Shown here one piece after another: positions 28,978 through 42,400 of a DNA stretch of 64,000 nucleotides. Origin of the DNA: Styela clava. Taxonomy: Eukaryota. A program made the translations under genes and the position numbers. Location of the stretch: contig NC_135257.1 in the NCBI RefSeq assembly GCF_964204865.1, positions 14,074,001 through 14,138,000 on the forward strand. Reading direction: 5' to 3'. Under the pieces are notes generated by a model, which was not told where the DNA came from, did not search any database, and worked only from the letters and a program-made list of their open reading frames with translations. Positions within the stretch are counted from its first letter, which is position 1; every line of letters starts with the position of its first letter.

Positions 28978-30228
28978 CAGCGTTTCCCAACCTTTTTTGG
29001 TCGCGGATTATTTTCTTAACGGCGAAACCATTTGCGGACTCAAGGTGCGTTTATTGCAACCGTCTCCTCTGTGTGAACAGGCAATAAAACCGAACACAAC
29101 AGAATTTTAACGAATTTCAACAATGGCCTTTTCTGTCGCACAATATTCAATCCATAACAACGACGAGAATTCAAAATGTATTCCTATTTCAACTTAATTG
29201 TGTTCATGATAATTCGCGGTTGCGTCGACCTACGACAAGATGAAAGCATTACTTCTTTAAAATACAATGACATTCTGTGAACATAATAATGTGAGGATAT
29301 ATTGTCCGATTATACTTAGTTTTGATACATATTTTTTGCGATCTTGCTAATTTGTTATCGCCGTTAGAAAAATCCTACTATCTGCTATAAATTTTTAGAA
29401 AGTACAACTTGATTCAGTACTTAATAAAAATATATTTAAAGTATACATATTGGTAAATCAAAAATACATATTCATCGCCATGGTTTATTATTAATTTTAT
29501 TGTGATCATTTTAATCTGCGGTTGTGTTGACGAAATAAAAGCAATACTACAAAGATGCGGGGTAAAGTGCCCGATTATATTTTGTTTTTATTCGTATTTT
29601 TGTGAATTCGTCAAATCTGAGCTGTTCGTACAACACCTACGGTACGCCAACACCTGGAACGGTAGCATCCAAAATTTCGCGATTTGCAATGTCGAAAAAG
29701 CGTTTTTAATCGGTCGCGGACCATCCTAATACAAAACTTATGGTGTTCTTCGTTTTATTTTTAGTATTTTTTATTGCCGCTTTTCAATTTAGAAAATTTG
29801 GGTTGCCACCATTGATACCAATCAGAAAAAAAATTATTCCTCGTTGTGAGAACTCGCGAGAAACACCACTTAGGGTTTTAGCACCCGCATATAGATTGAA
29901 CCCGCGGATATACACATGGGTTCAAATGCACGGTCACCGTGAAATCCAATCGTCTGATTGAGCGCAAGTGACCTATCGCGTCACCTGTTACCAAATATCC
30001 GAATAGTAAATTGCTATTCTAATAGTTGAATATTCGAATATATGCCCAGATATACTCAGTAACCAGTAATTATTGACTCGATTAATGTTATGTTACTAAA
30101 CTTGCTTTTTATGTTTTATGTAAATTCTAACGTAAATCGCAACGTGGCTGAATTTCTGGCTCGTTGCGGACTAATTCAAACGCTCTGCGGACTCATTTGA
30201 GACCGCGGACTCGGGTTGGGAAACACTG
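28978..30228. mobile_element. Non-autonomous hAT (Charlie-type) element, 1251 bp
   Basis: TIRs CAGCGTTTCCCAACC / GGTTGGGAAACACTG; 8-bp TSD ATCTGGAT / ATCTAGAT (7/8 match); no transposase ORF seen; diverged internal duplication around 29195-29350 and 29495-29620. Confidence 0.85.
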
Positions 30229-31053
30229 ATCTAGATTGTTTTCTAGATTTATTCACTCAATCATCGCTAATGGACTGGAATAAAAATAATAATTTGCAAG
30301 TGTCACAACATCGATGCGCCCTAACCAAATGAAACGAAAGTCAGTTCGCAACGCGATTAATATAATCTTCAGATAGTTCAGGAATGATACCACGTGGGTC
30401 GCGTTGTTTCAATCTTTTTCCGCAATGACCATGAACAATCTAATAAAAAAGTCCGATCATCCGCTTGGCTTATTGGAATACTTCTCTGCATTGCGCAAAG
30501 TATTTTTCAGTCCTGTGCATTTGTCAAGGTTAGAGCCAGAAATTTTGAATAGATCATTGTTAGGTAACAACAACGTGTAGGCTGCGCAATAACTTAAAAG
30601 ACACCGTGCTTGTCAATATGGCAAATACCTAGTAAGGATTAGTTGTGGAAAGTTGACCCACTAGTAACAATTGTAATAACAAAACAGACGTAAACAGTGT
30701 TGCTTTACCGTTTATGTCTTGAGCAAATGAGAATAGATTAGAAGAAACAACTGAGAAGTTACACAACTGACTGATGACAAATAAGGTGAAAGTTTTTATA
30801 TTCAAATGTTTCAGATTATTTGCGCAGTCAGTAACTTATCGTTTGAAATCGGGAGTCCCCCAGTAACTTTGAATGCGAACGTGTAATGATAAGGTAGTAT
30901 TATATTTACATTTTATTCTAGAATGTGATATACACTTATAAATTCCACTCCACATAAGTGGCTAAATGGCATCACCAGTGCGCACGTAAATCTCATTTTT
31001 TGACTAGTCAAAAATTCTTCCAACGTTGGTATAGTTTTACCATGAGTTGTAAT

Positions 31054-33365
31054 TGTGGCGTACCGGAAGTCTATGAAATAATTATCCAAGTTCAGAATAT
31101 CTGCCAATATGGTCTTATGTCGAAGTTCTTCTCAATATTCACATCAAGTTATGCAATTTTATTCTATTTATTAATTATCAATCTTAATCCAAACACTCTA
31201 AAGCAACGGAAAGCATACAATATAAATAACAGATACCAGGCAGTAAAATATAAGAAAGCAATATACACCATAAAAACACTGACGGCCCCTGAAATCGAAG
31301 ACACTTTGAATAGAAGCCACATGACCCCTAGATTCCGGAACACAAATCTATCTACTACAATTTGCCAAATAGGCTGGAAATAACGTATATATGACAGGTA
31401 TTTTAAAAGAAGATAAACAATTCTATAGGTGCACAACATTTGAACCGTACTGATGATAGCTAATTTCATGATAAAACTAAAAATTACAACACTAAATGAA
31501 CTGAGACCCGATCGACAGTGTCACAGAGCCCCCAGTGTCCCTAATGCCAAAATACCAAATATGGAAACAGTATCAAACGACATCATTTAACAGATAAAAC
31601 AAGGGTCGTCACATTACCCTTCTCTTCTAGATGGAACATTATGGAAGAATTTTTTTCACTTCATTCGGAAAATTTAAACAATGTAAGGAGCAGTAGTCAA
31701 AACAAAATATTTCCACAAAGTCTTTAAAATCTGCAGGTTGTCTACGCTCACGCTTACACATCCGTAAAGTCTGTCCTTCTGGATTGGGTCAACCAACGTC
31801 ATCGAAGCGACTAAATTGATGCTGCTAATCCCACTGGCTCAATAACGGCCTCCATGTTAGGTCTCCGGACGGCCACGGCTGCTGTAGCTGAACGAGTACA
31901 ACAATTCCCGAGCGGGCCGGTATAACCGTAGTAGTATATATTTACGGTATAACCACATCCTCTTCTACGGTCACACGACAGCAGGGAACCGACGTCTGGT
32001 GCTGCACAGTAACATCCTGTCCCTCAAGAACAAAGCGACCCGACGAGTGATACAGAACACAGTCCCATTTGCCAAGATAGTCCATACCTAGAATGCCCAT
32101 TCATGACCCTAGATCGGCGACGACAACGGTATGCGCCACAGACCAGCTTGCAATCGCCAGGTTGACATCAAGTGCACCATGAGACACTAATGACTCGCCA
32201 CTGGTAGTACGGTGTGGTACTGGAGAAGGATGCAGTTCTGGAATGTCCGAATTTTTCTGCAACGTCGAGTAAACAGCGTTATCAATGAGCGAGACACCCG
32301 CACCGGTATCAATCAAAAACAAAACAGACACGTTATTGACCAAAGCCTTGACATGCCATCCATTAGTCCATGTAAGAGAATAAATTATAGTCGAGAGAAA
32401 TGGCTCCATGTCATCATCCAAAATCAGGTTAGCAGGGAGTGCGAACCTCATCCCTGCTGTTCCGAGTTTAAAAACTGGTTGGGAGTGTTCATTCTATTTC
32501 TGCGTGACATTTTATGTTCAAAAGATATCCTGGCATGCTCTCGCTAAAAATTTGTAGCGTACAGGCAGTCTATGAAATAATTAAGTTCAGAATATCTTCC
32601 AATATGGTCTGACGTCAAAGTTTTTCTCAATATTCATTTCAAGTTAAGCAATTTTATTCTATTTAATAATTATCAATCTTGATACAACCAAAGACTCCAA
32701 ACACTCCAAAACAACGGAAAGCATACAATAAAAATATCAGATACCAGGCACTCAGGCAGTAAAATATAAGAAAGCAACATACACCATAAAAACACTGACG
32801 GCCCCTGAAATCGAAGACACTTTGAATAGAAGCCACATGACCCCTAGAATCCGGAACACAAAACTAGCTACCACAATTTGCCAAATAGGCTGAAAATAAC
32901 GTATGACAAGTATTTTTAAAAGACGATAAACAATTCTATATGTGCACAACATTTGAACAGTACTGATGATAGCTAATTCCATGATAAAACTGAAAATTAC
33001 AACACTAAATGAACTGCAATGACATCGCACTCAAACCACAACATGATCCCAACATCAGCCCACTGTCCAGCACAAAACATCCAGCAAATCCCCATCCAAC
33101 AATCACACAACCACAGACAACCATCCCCAATAACCCACCGAAGACCAGAGGAACTCCCGCAGACACTAAAAACCAAACATCCAATCAAAAACAACCACAC
33201 ACAGACAACTGCACCCCGCCAAACCACAGCACACGCCAACAGGCCACACCCAAAAGACCCGATCGACAGTGTCACAGCGCCCCCAGTGTCCCCAATGCCA
33301 AAATACCAAATATGGAAACAATATCATATGACATCATTTAACCGAAAAAAACAAGGATCGTCACA
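31054..33365 (-). mobile_element. Deleted Ty3/Gypsy-like LTR retroelement (2.3 kb) retaining only a protease region
   Basis: Two direct repeats with TG...CA ends: 31054-31613 (3' LTR) and 32553-33365 (5' LTR). 4-bp TSD TAAT (31050-31053, 33366-33369). Minus-strand PPT AGAAGAGAAGGGTAA (31614-31628). PBS-like TAGCGAGAGCATGCCAGGA (32528-32546). Confidence 0.9.
31942..32451 (-). pseudogene. Retroviral-type aspartic protease fragment with an in-frame stop
   Basis: VLFLIDTGAGVSLI catalytic motif; after TGA at 32101-32103 the same frame continues MGILGMDYLGKWDCVL (the GxLGxDxL protease motif) to TAA at ~31942. Confidence 0.85.
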
Positions 33366-33576
33366 TAATGTTTCTAGTGTATTTATAAATTATCGGACAC
33401 GCATTGTATATTGAAACTCACAATTCATCAAGTTTTTCAGTTGGAAATGCTTCCAGAGATAATTTCAAATGCTTTTTGCCAGAGAAACCATTCACAATCA
33501 GCGTCTTCAGTTTAGGTCTGTGTCTAGTCCTCTTATTTTCAATGCTTATCTATTGTGTTCGCTTAGTTCAAATAAT

Positions 33577-33930
33577 AATACAGAAGTAACTTGGATCTAT
33601 TGGTATTTAAATTCACGCTGAAATTGAATTAAGAATAATGGTTCATCGTCACAGAAACTGGAAAAGCAATGACAGTCCCTGTACCGTTACCGGTGTCCTG
33701 ATACAGGTACTGGTGAGTTACCGCATATGATTTTGGAAAGTTTTTTTACGGGGAATGGTGGACTGCGGTACCGGATCTGCGTGGTAATACAGAAGCGACT
33801 CGGATCACTTGATATTTCAATTCACGTTGAAACTGAATTATGAAGAATGGATCATTGTCACATGACCTGGAAAAGCTATGGCAGTCACGGTACCGCAATA
33901 CAGGTACTGGTAAGCTACCGCATATAATTT
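33577..33930 (+). repeat. Diverged tandem duplication (~210 bp period)
   Basis: AATACAGAAG...ATTCACG(C/T)TGAAA...CTGGAAAAGC...ATACAGGTACTGGT...TACCGCATAT occurs at 33577-33735 and 33786-33930. Confidence 0.75.
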
Positions 33931-36496
33931 TTCGGAATTATTGATGGAATATTTCGTTTTGCCCTCCGTGTCCTTCCTATTTGAGCATAGCTCTCTTGAT
34001 ATTATTTTTTGTGTTATGGCACTTTTAATATCAGGATTGTGTGCGCCAGACTAAAAGCAACACAATAGTGCAATACTTAAATGAATTGCGGTTTTTAAAA
34101 ACGCCTTTATTAAATTTATTAGAAAAACATGCGCGCGGAAATAATAAATAATGGGCAATCAAGAGCGAATTGATCTTTTTACATTGGAGTAAAAACAAAC
34201 AAAACAACAAACAAAGAAAACTATCATGTCAAGGGCTTGTTATCAAACGTGCGCACTACTAATGCGATATATTCGTTCATTTTACCCACTATTCTGTTGA
34301 CTTTCTAACGTCAAATATTATGGGGGTAGATTGAGTTTTAGTGCCGGCATTTAAGTATCAATACAGCCCGTCGATTACTGGTTAGTTATGCCTATGATAT
34401 GCTAGTTGGTAGCGTTATAGAGAAATACTCCTGTGACTGAATACGCCCAAGTATTATACTTTCTTTCTGTCCAGTCGTTACCCAGGAAATTGCTAAAAAT
34501 TGAATTTTTATGGCATTAATAAAATTGTACATCAATTAACATTTTGAATAAATATTATCGCTGCAAGTCGGTACCTTACACCAGGTTTCACGTTCATGAC
34601 CACCTCAATGCACATCGTCAAACAGAAACTAAATTAAGATGTCAAAATGTAAATAAAATTATATGTATATAACATGAGAGTGTTTACGTATGTATTTATT
34701 AGTCATGCAATATTGTTACGTGGCCTATCAACAATTATTTTGAAGAATGTTGCAAAGATATTATGCTGCTGAAACTGACGCGTAGAAATACAATTTCAAA
34801 ATATTTTGCTGATATAATTACCGGAAGTATAGTATATGAGAATCTATCTTTTTACATTTCTCTTATGCGTGCCTGCTTCATCATATTATTACAATATTTT
34901 AAATTTTCGTTCATTTTTTACAATCTTTGCAGAAATCATCTCAGCAAGTTTGCCGCTTGACTACGCAAGGTATGTAGCCCATTTTCAACAATAAAATTCT
35001 AGAACCTAAAGTAGCTGAATCATCTGGGTATGGCATTTTCGTCTAAAAGTGGCACTGGTGGCAGTGGTGGCACTGGTGGCACGCGAAAGCAAACTAATCG
35101 TAGATGACAGGAATCGCATTTATTTTCAACAATAAAATTCTAGAATTTAAAGTAGCTAAATCATCTCTCTTAAGAGATGATCCATCAACTTATCTTTTTT
35201 ATTATCTTTGGGCGTTTCAAGTAATATTTATGAGTAGTATTTTACATATTTTTTTGCAAAACATAAATACCATTTTCTCCTCTCTTTTAACAAGTGAATT
35301 AGAACAAAGGTTGCCGTTTTTGCAAAGTAGTCTAATATTATGAGAATTCTCACTGTAAATGCGTTTTCATAATCTTGTTGATCGCAGAAATCCTTTTAAC
35401 GCAAAAATATTTTACACTCCAGTTATTTTCATAAACGTCCATTGTAAATAAGCTCATTATTGTTCAAAAAATATTCATGTCTGCAAGAAGATTTTTGTAA
35501 TTGCGTTCCTACATGAAATTTCATCTAAATTCACAAATATGTTATCGTATTTTAATTTTTTCTTACAAATGCGTAGTCAATTAGAAGAATGCAAACGAAA
35601 AAATTGAATCCTAAAATTTGAATCCGTCATTCTGTTGTTGATTATACGCTGATGAATTTTTTTGCTTTCGTCTGGTATGTAAATTTAATTTAAGTAACAA
35701 TTGTGCTTTATATATTGACTGCGATGCTTTGCAGTTATCTCTACTGTAGCATTACAACTTTAAAAAAATATGGAACTCTAAAAAGCAATTAAAAGTTGAA
35801 AGAGAACAACAGAACCTAAACACTAAAAACTAAAAATAACTATTTGCGTGTTTATGGAGGATGTTATAAATTTTCGATTGACGACTTGAGTCGTTCCAGT
35901 CAACGCTGACAGGGAATGTAACAGCTTGACAGAAAAACTTTTTTATCTCATTTGTATCTCAAATTCGTTGAAGAAGACATCTGGGTATGGCTTTTTCATC
36001 AAAAACTGGAAGTGGTGGCACGCAAAAAATCGTAGATGATAAGAATCGCATTTATTTTACAATAATATTCTGACAATACGGGCGATCACGTTTGCTTGAT
36101 GGTGTGAATATCGCGAATATACGAAGCTCCCGATCATGTAGTTTTGTGTGTTTATTTGACAATATTAGTTGTAAGCTTGAGGAAACGTGAAATAAAAAAA
36201 ATTCTAAACCGTATTTTTGATTGAAAAGTTCTGAGTATAGTTTTGTTATTATTTTTCAGACGTCGCAATTATAGGACTTGAAACTACGCATTAGGCATAC
36301 GCGATGTTATTTGCACAAATTTCTTAAATTGAATTTTAGCAACAATATTTATTAGTAAAATCCAAATATTGGACGTTTACGTTATAGTTTATTATTTCTT
36401 GATTTGTTATATTTTTGTCATTTGTTTTTACTAAACAATATTTTAATGTTACAACATTATATAGAAGTATAACATTTTACATTAACAACAAATACA

Positions 36497-39400
36497 ATGC
36501 AAGACCAGAGCTTTTTCAGACCAGTTGATTACGTTGTATTTGGCGTCATGTTGATAATTTCCCTGGCAATCGGTATATACTACAGTTGGAAAGACAGGAG
36601 TACAAAAGACAAGACAAGGAATTACCTTATCGCGGGAAGGTGAGTGAGTGCAAGTAATATGCCTTACCTATTTGTACTTATATTATTATTGTCTCAGACA
36701 TATGTATTTGTGATATATAATTGATTGATATTACAAGCTGATATATATATTCTCAGTATAGCTCTAGATTGCATTTCATTCAAAACTCGAGACGAGCGAG
36801 CTTTGTATGCTGATAAATATGAGGATATGTTCTGGAATATTTGTTTTAAAATAATTTTGTTTTGAATATTACGTTTTTTTTTATTGAATAAGTTGGAACA
36901 TGGTTAGGGAATATGGCGACTTGTGCACGAATACTCTAGCTCTGGTTGATTAGAAGCAACATAACCAAACACGGTAGGCGTTGTTTGGCGCATTCTCCGA
37001 AGCGGCAAACTCGTGGCGTTTTTCCATGGTTGCGTGCGGCTATGCAATTGTAATGGATTTGATTCAAGATATATTCAATAATCCAGACTAAATATGTTCA
37101 ACATGATATGAAGCATAACATCAGAGAACTTTGAATTCTATGTTTCTCTAGGTTTTGATTTTGATAGAGAGCGCCAAAGATTACTTGTTCTTAGCCAACT
37201 GTATGCAAATGTAGACTACTAGAGCCAAAGAAATATTCCATGCAGTCTGTAGAGCTATTGTAGGTATTTTAATGAAAAGTATAAAAATATATTTCGAAAC
37301 AGATTCCATGTTTAAAAACAAAATGTTGTTTTGGTTAAAAAAATGGATTAATACTAAATACAAACAAAAAGCGTCAAATTACTACAGAAGTATTCGTGTA
37401 TATGTCAACATTTTGTGAATGGGAGCAAAGTTATCTGGCCGAAATTTCGCGACTTGCTTTGATCTTCGCTCACAATTCCTACTTCTTTTAACTTTTTATG
37501 ATAGAGGCCATTGCGAATCCAAAACCAATTGGTCAATGCATGTTAATTGAAAAATAGAAAGCAGGTCAAAAAGTTAAAATACTTTTATGAAACGAAATCT
37601 TTATAGCCCGTTTCCACAAATTATATTATTGGGCATTGCCGCGTAAGTAGAAACAAATGGAAGCGCAAAGTATCACAATAACAATGATTATTATAAATGC
37701 ACCTATACATATTCTTACAAATTATGGGTACACTATGTTAAACATGAAAGATTTTAGTTATTTGAAACCATTTTGTTACGTGTTTGACCATCAATAATAC
37801 TATACCCTACATTTTATTGTATAGATTTTATATTAAATATATCAGCTATTAAATATATTATCTCATTTCCCATCATAGTAACATGAACAGCTGGGCAGCA
37901 GGAATGTCACTCAGTTTTACCGTGATCTCACCGACAACAATTCTTGCCATTCCCGCTGAGATTTATATTTTTGGCTCTATGTTTATTTGGTGAGTATTGT
38001 CCACATTATACTAAAATATAAAATTGGTTTATTTATCGTATTAGAAGATTGTAAGGTTTCTGGTTCTTTTTAATTTTCTGAAATATTATCTGCAGAATGG
38101 TTGTGAGTGACTGTATTTGAAATACATGCTAAACCAACTTGCAACCAATCAGTGTGTTTCAGAATACACGTATCAGATGAGACTTTCTAGTTGAAAGTGT
38201 AAAAAACCTTACCTAAGCTCTTAATTCACATGCATACTAACACGCGCAGTTTTTCGTATATTCTCTTATCATGGAAAATGGACTCGACATTCATTCTATC
38301 CGTTTGAAACGATAACATGAGTTGTTAAATTATCCAGTGTGTAATAATATTAGGTTTTTATCAGACACGAAATCGAGCGTCCATACCACAATTAACATAA
38401 TATGGTATTTTTCTCCATTTTTAAAGGCTCGTGGTGGCCGCATGGATTGTTGGACTATTTACGATTTCATTGTATATACCACTCTTTTTTCGATTGAATA
38501 TTACAAGTATATATGAAGTGAGTCAACCTATGTTTACGTCTCCGTTGGGGGGATTTTAAAGAATATTCTGAAGAGTAATATTTTAGGCTTAAAGTTAGAC
38601 AGTGGAGTAGACATGCAATTTACCTAGTTTAAGATAAAACAGCGTCTTATTTTTGCAAAGTTAACTCGTGACATTTTCAACACCCATAATCCGAGATAAA
38701 CCACGGTAGCCAATTTGAAGAGCTGTCACATGTACGGTCTAGAAACGGTTTCATATACATGCATGGATATATATATAGGCACGGAGGGCAGATTAGGAGG
38801 AGGGAGGGAGGGCAGAGGGGGAAGAGTTTCAACGAGAAATTTGACTTTTCCACACATTGCTCTGAAACTTGCCAACTATAGTCGTTTCCCATATTTTTAC
38901 AATTATATATTTGTTATCAAAGTTATAAATCGTACTATGACATAAACAAAATATATTTTGCTAAAATGAAATAAACCCATGATTATAAAACTACAGTATA
39001 TAAATATGTTTGATTTTTACATACCGATATATATTTTATTCCATTTTGCAGTACCTCCAGCTGCGCTACAGCTATCCCGTTCGAATTCTTGGAACAATTG
39101 CATTCATAGTACAAACGACAATGTATATTGGTGTTATGGTATATACTCCAGCATTGGCATTTACGCAAGGTATGATGGCAAGGGGCGTGAATTTAGTGAT
39201 ACTAATATTTTAAAAATGGTCGGTAGGGTGTATATTATTTATACCAGTGATCTATCATAGTAATGGTTACACTATCAGTACGTTAGATGCTAAACAAAAA
39301 TAGTTTGGCCACGTATATATCGCACCCTTTTCAATAAGTGCAAATGTATAGAAATACTTTTTGATTGTCGTTTTTCGTATCATATTTCTTGAAATGTACA

Positions 39401-42400
39401 CTTGTGAAGAATATATTTCTGACACCATTTCATTTTTTTTCATTTGAAAATCAAGTAATTTATTTGAACCATATTTATACAAGACCTATGGAACTTTATT
39501 CTTCATAACAGATATATTTCATATACCATAAATCAAATGGGATTGAAATGTTTCAAACATTCCAAGCTTTGATGCAAAATTTGATAAGAACAACGAGATT
39601 GATGACCGCTTTTATAATTTTCCCAATTCAAATAAGACCTAAATTTATGTTTTATTTTATTGTTAAGTTTCTGGATTCAATTTATGGGCTGCAATATTTA
39701 CCACGGGCATTGTCTGCACTGCTTACACAACTGTGGTGAGTCCGCATCACAGTTTATGTTTATTAGAATTCAACTTTTTTGCAACAACATTTGAAAGCAA
39801 ATTCCGGCAATTTTCAATATTATTTCGTTTAATACCTATGAATGCGTATAATGCAATTCCCTCAGTATTAGATCAGTTTCTAGTATTTTTTTCATTTCGC
39901 AATATTGGTATAACAATATTTCAGAAGCAAAGCAGAGATAAACATTTTACCTATAGAGTCCTTCTAGGAAAATATTTTGTTTGTGGAAAAATTAAATACA
40001 GCGGTGATATTTGTGCTACTTCACTTGGGTAATCAAAATAATACTTCCGCGGTATCGCCAAATACAAGTGCCAAATAACTATAGCAACTAGCAAATAACT
40101 AGCAACTGTTTTCCTGTCTTTAAATCTGAGATTTTGTTTTTCTAATTAGTGATTGCATACACGGGAGGTTCGAGTTCAAAGATATTAACCTAGAGATCTG
40201 AATTATTATACTTCTTGTTTTGAGTAATTCAGGGTGGACTGAAAGCGGTGATATGGACAGATGTGTTTCAAGGAGTTGTTATCATGATAATTCAAGTCAT
40301 TGTTTTGTTTATGAGTGCTAGTTATGTTGGTGGATGGAAAATAGTGTGGGAAGCAAACTCAAAAACTGATCGATTCAATTTCTTTGAGTAAGTTTACGTT
40401 ATTGCTTCGAAATTTCATTTTCCCCGTATTACTTCCGCCACCACAATGACCGTAGCTTCACTGTCAATTTTCCATGACTACCAATCTTTCGCTAAGACTA
40501 TTGTTTCCTATTGTAATATAATTTTTCTATTATATTCAAAGTTCGGATTTCGATCCCCGAACTCGCCATACGGTATGGAGTCTTCTGATCGGCCTAACGA
40601 TATTATGGTTAAGTATATATGCTACCTCACAATCACAAGCTCAACGATTTCTTGCTTGCAAAAGTGCAAGAAGTGCCAAGAAGTAAGTATTTTTCTTGTA
40701 ATATGCCTTTCTTGTTAAGTTGACTTTTTCCCACTTTAGTAACTTTCAATAATTTTAGGGGTTAAAACTACAAAAACTAAGTTTTTTCTGTGGTTCAATA
40801 ACTGCTTCTAATCAGTGGAGTCGATAAATATGCAACGATTTAAATCCAATTTAATGCATTGCATTCTATTTTATCAGAGCGATGATCTTTTCTGATGTTG
40901 TTATATCGTTTGTTGTATTACTCTCCGTGATGATAGGTTGGGTAACATACGCAGCTTTTCACAACTGCGACCCCATTCTGACCAAGCAAGTCACCGCACC
41001 GGACCAGGTAACTTCTAGAATAATTTTAAACATTAAAATTATGTTTGAGAATTCGTTATCTATTTTTGAAAGAATTGCAAATTGTTTTGGCAAATGACTT
41101 GATGACTACAATGGATACAATATAGATTATGCTATTCAGAGCACCACTCAAGTATATTATATATCCAAGTATGGGATATACATCTTTATTCATTTTGATC
41201 GGTTCTGATAGACCGTGAATGATCTATCCGCCTCATGTTCATTCCTCTGCCAAGGAATTAGTATGCGTTTTCCTCATACTTTAATTATAAGAATTACATA
41301 TTACATTACATTTATAATCCAGACTTCCTTTAACGTTAAATTCAAAGCATTTTCAATAATTGTCTTCATTTAAACTTCTGCATTTTATATCACCAGTTGC
41401 TCCCGTTCATGGTGACGAGGGTATTCCAACTTTATCCAGGGCTTTCAGGAGCATTTTTGGCAGCCGTTTACGCTGGAAGTTTGAGGTACTTAAAGCTTGT
41501 ATGTAATAAGATGTTGCCTTTTTTTAACCAAATTTTAGACCGTTCTTTACGCAAAGTTCATGACTCCATATACCAGTATTTTCAGACGGTGGGGAGCCCA
41601 AAAAGTGTCGCGGCTTAAGTTTAAGAACCACTGTCATAGACCATGCTAAGTGAAACTTGTCATTAGCTATATATTGTATTTGTCATTCTCTATTCAATTA
41701 ATGTTCAAATGTAGATGTTTGCACGGCTGGAGATATTTATTATTATAAATATTCTTCTTGCTTTAACTTTCTCAAACATTAAAAAAGTTGGCACAAAGCT
41801 GATCAATCGATCGTAAACCAAACCGATCTATCCAATTGTCAACTGTTTCAGCACATTATCTTCGGGAATAAACGCAATGGCTTGCGTAACAACAGAAGAT
41901 CTTATTCGGCCTTTTGTTAGATGGAGTGATTCCACCATGATTGTTGTTGCAAAAGGTTTTATTTGTTATATTTTTATCTTTTGGCGCGTGTTTTGTTGTA
42001 ACAAGGTTTTCGTCGCATCTCTTTTTCACCGAGGTCTTTTTATTGGTCAGGGATTTAGCGGCATCTGGAATGTTCCATTGGGTTTCGGGGCACCAAAAAA
42101 GTTGAAAACACTGATCTACAGAAGTACCTTAACAATAATATCGACGACAGTTCAAAACTTTTGCAGCAGAAACTTCGTCGCACACGAACTCGAATACACG
42201 CATATATTTTGGCGAAGTTGTTATGGGACACGGCATAGCTATAGATTGTTCCGATAAATTATTACTGTTGCGCAAAGCAATTGCTTTTTTGAGTAAAATA
42301 TCATCTTAACTAGTCTAATATAAATTTTATTTGCTCTGTAGTTAAAGGGAATTTATCAACAGAATTAACACTACGAATGATTTAGTGTTCACATCATGCC

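Noticed and set aside
30958-31469. 141 aa and 101 aa ORFs, with a similar ORF at 32752-33030
   Set aside because: These are translations of the two LTR copies with no recognisable domain.
33009-33414. Overlapping 92-131 aa ORFs on both strands (P/T/Q/H-rich or G/C/W/V-rich)
   Set aside because: They lie in the C/A-skewed part of the LTR; low-complexity composition explains the lack of stops.
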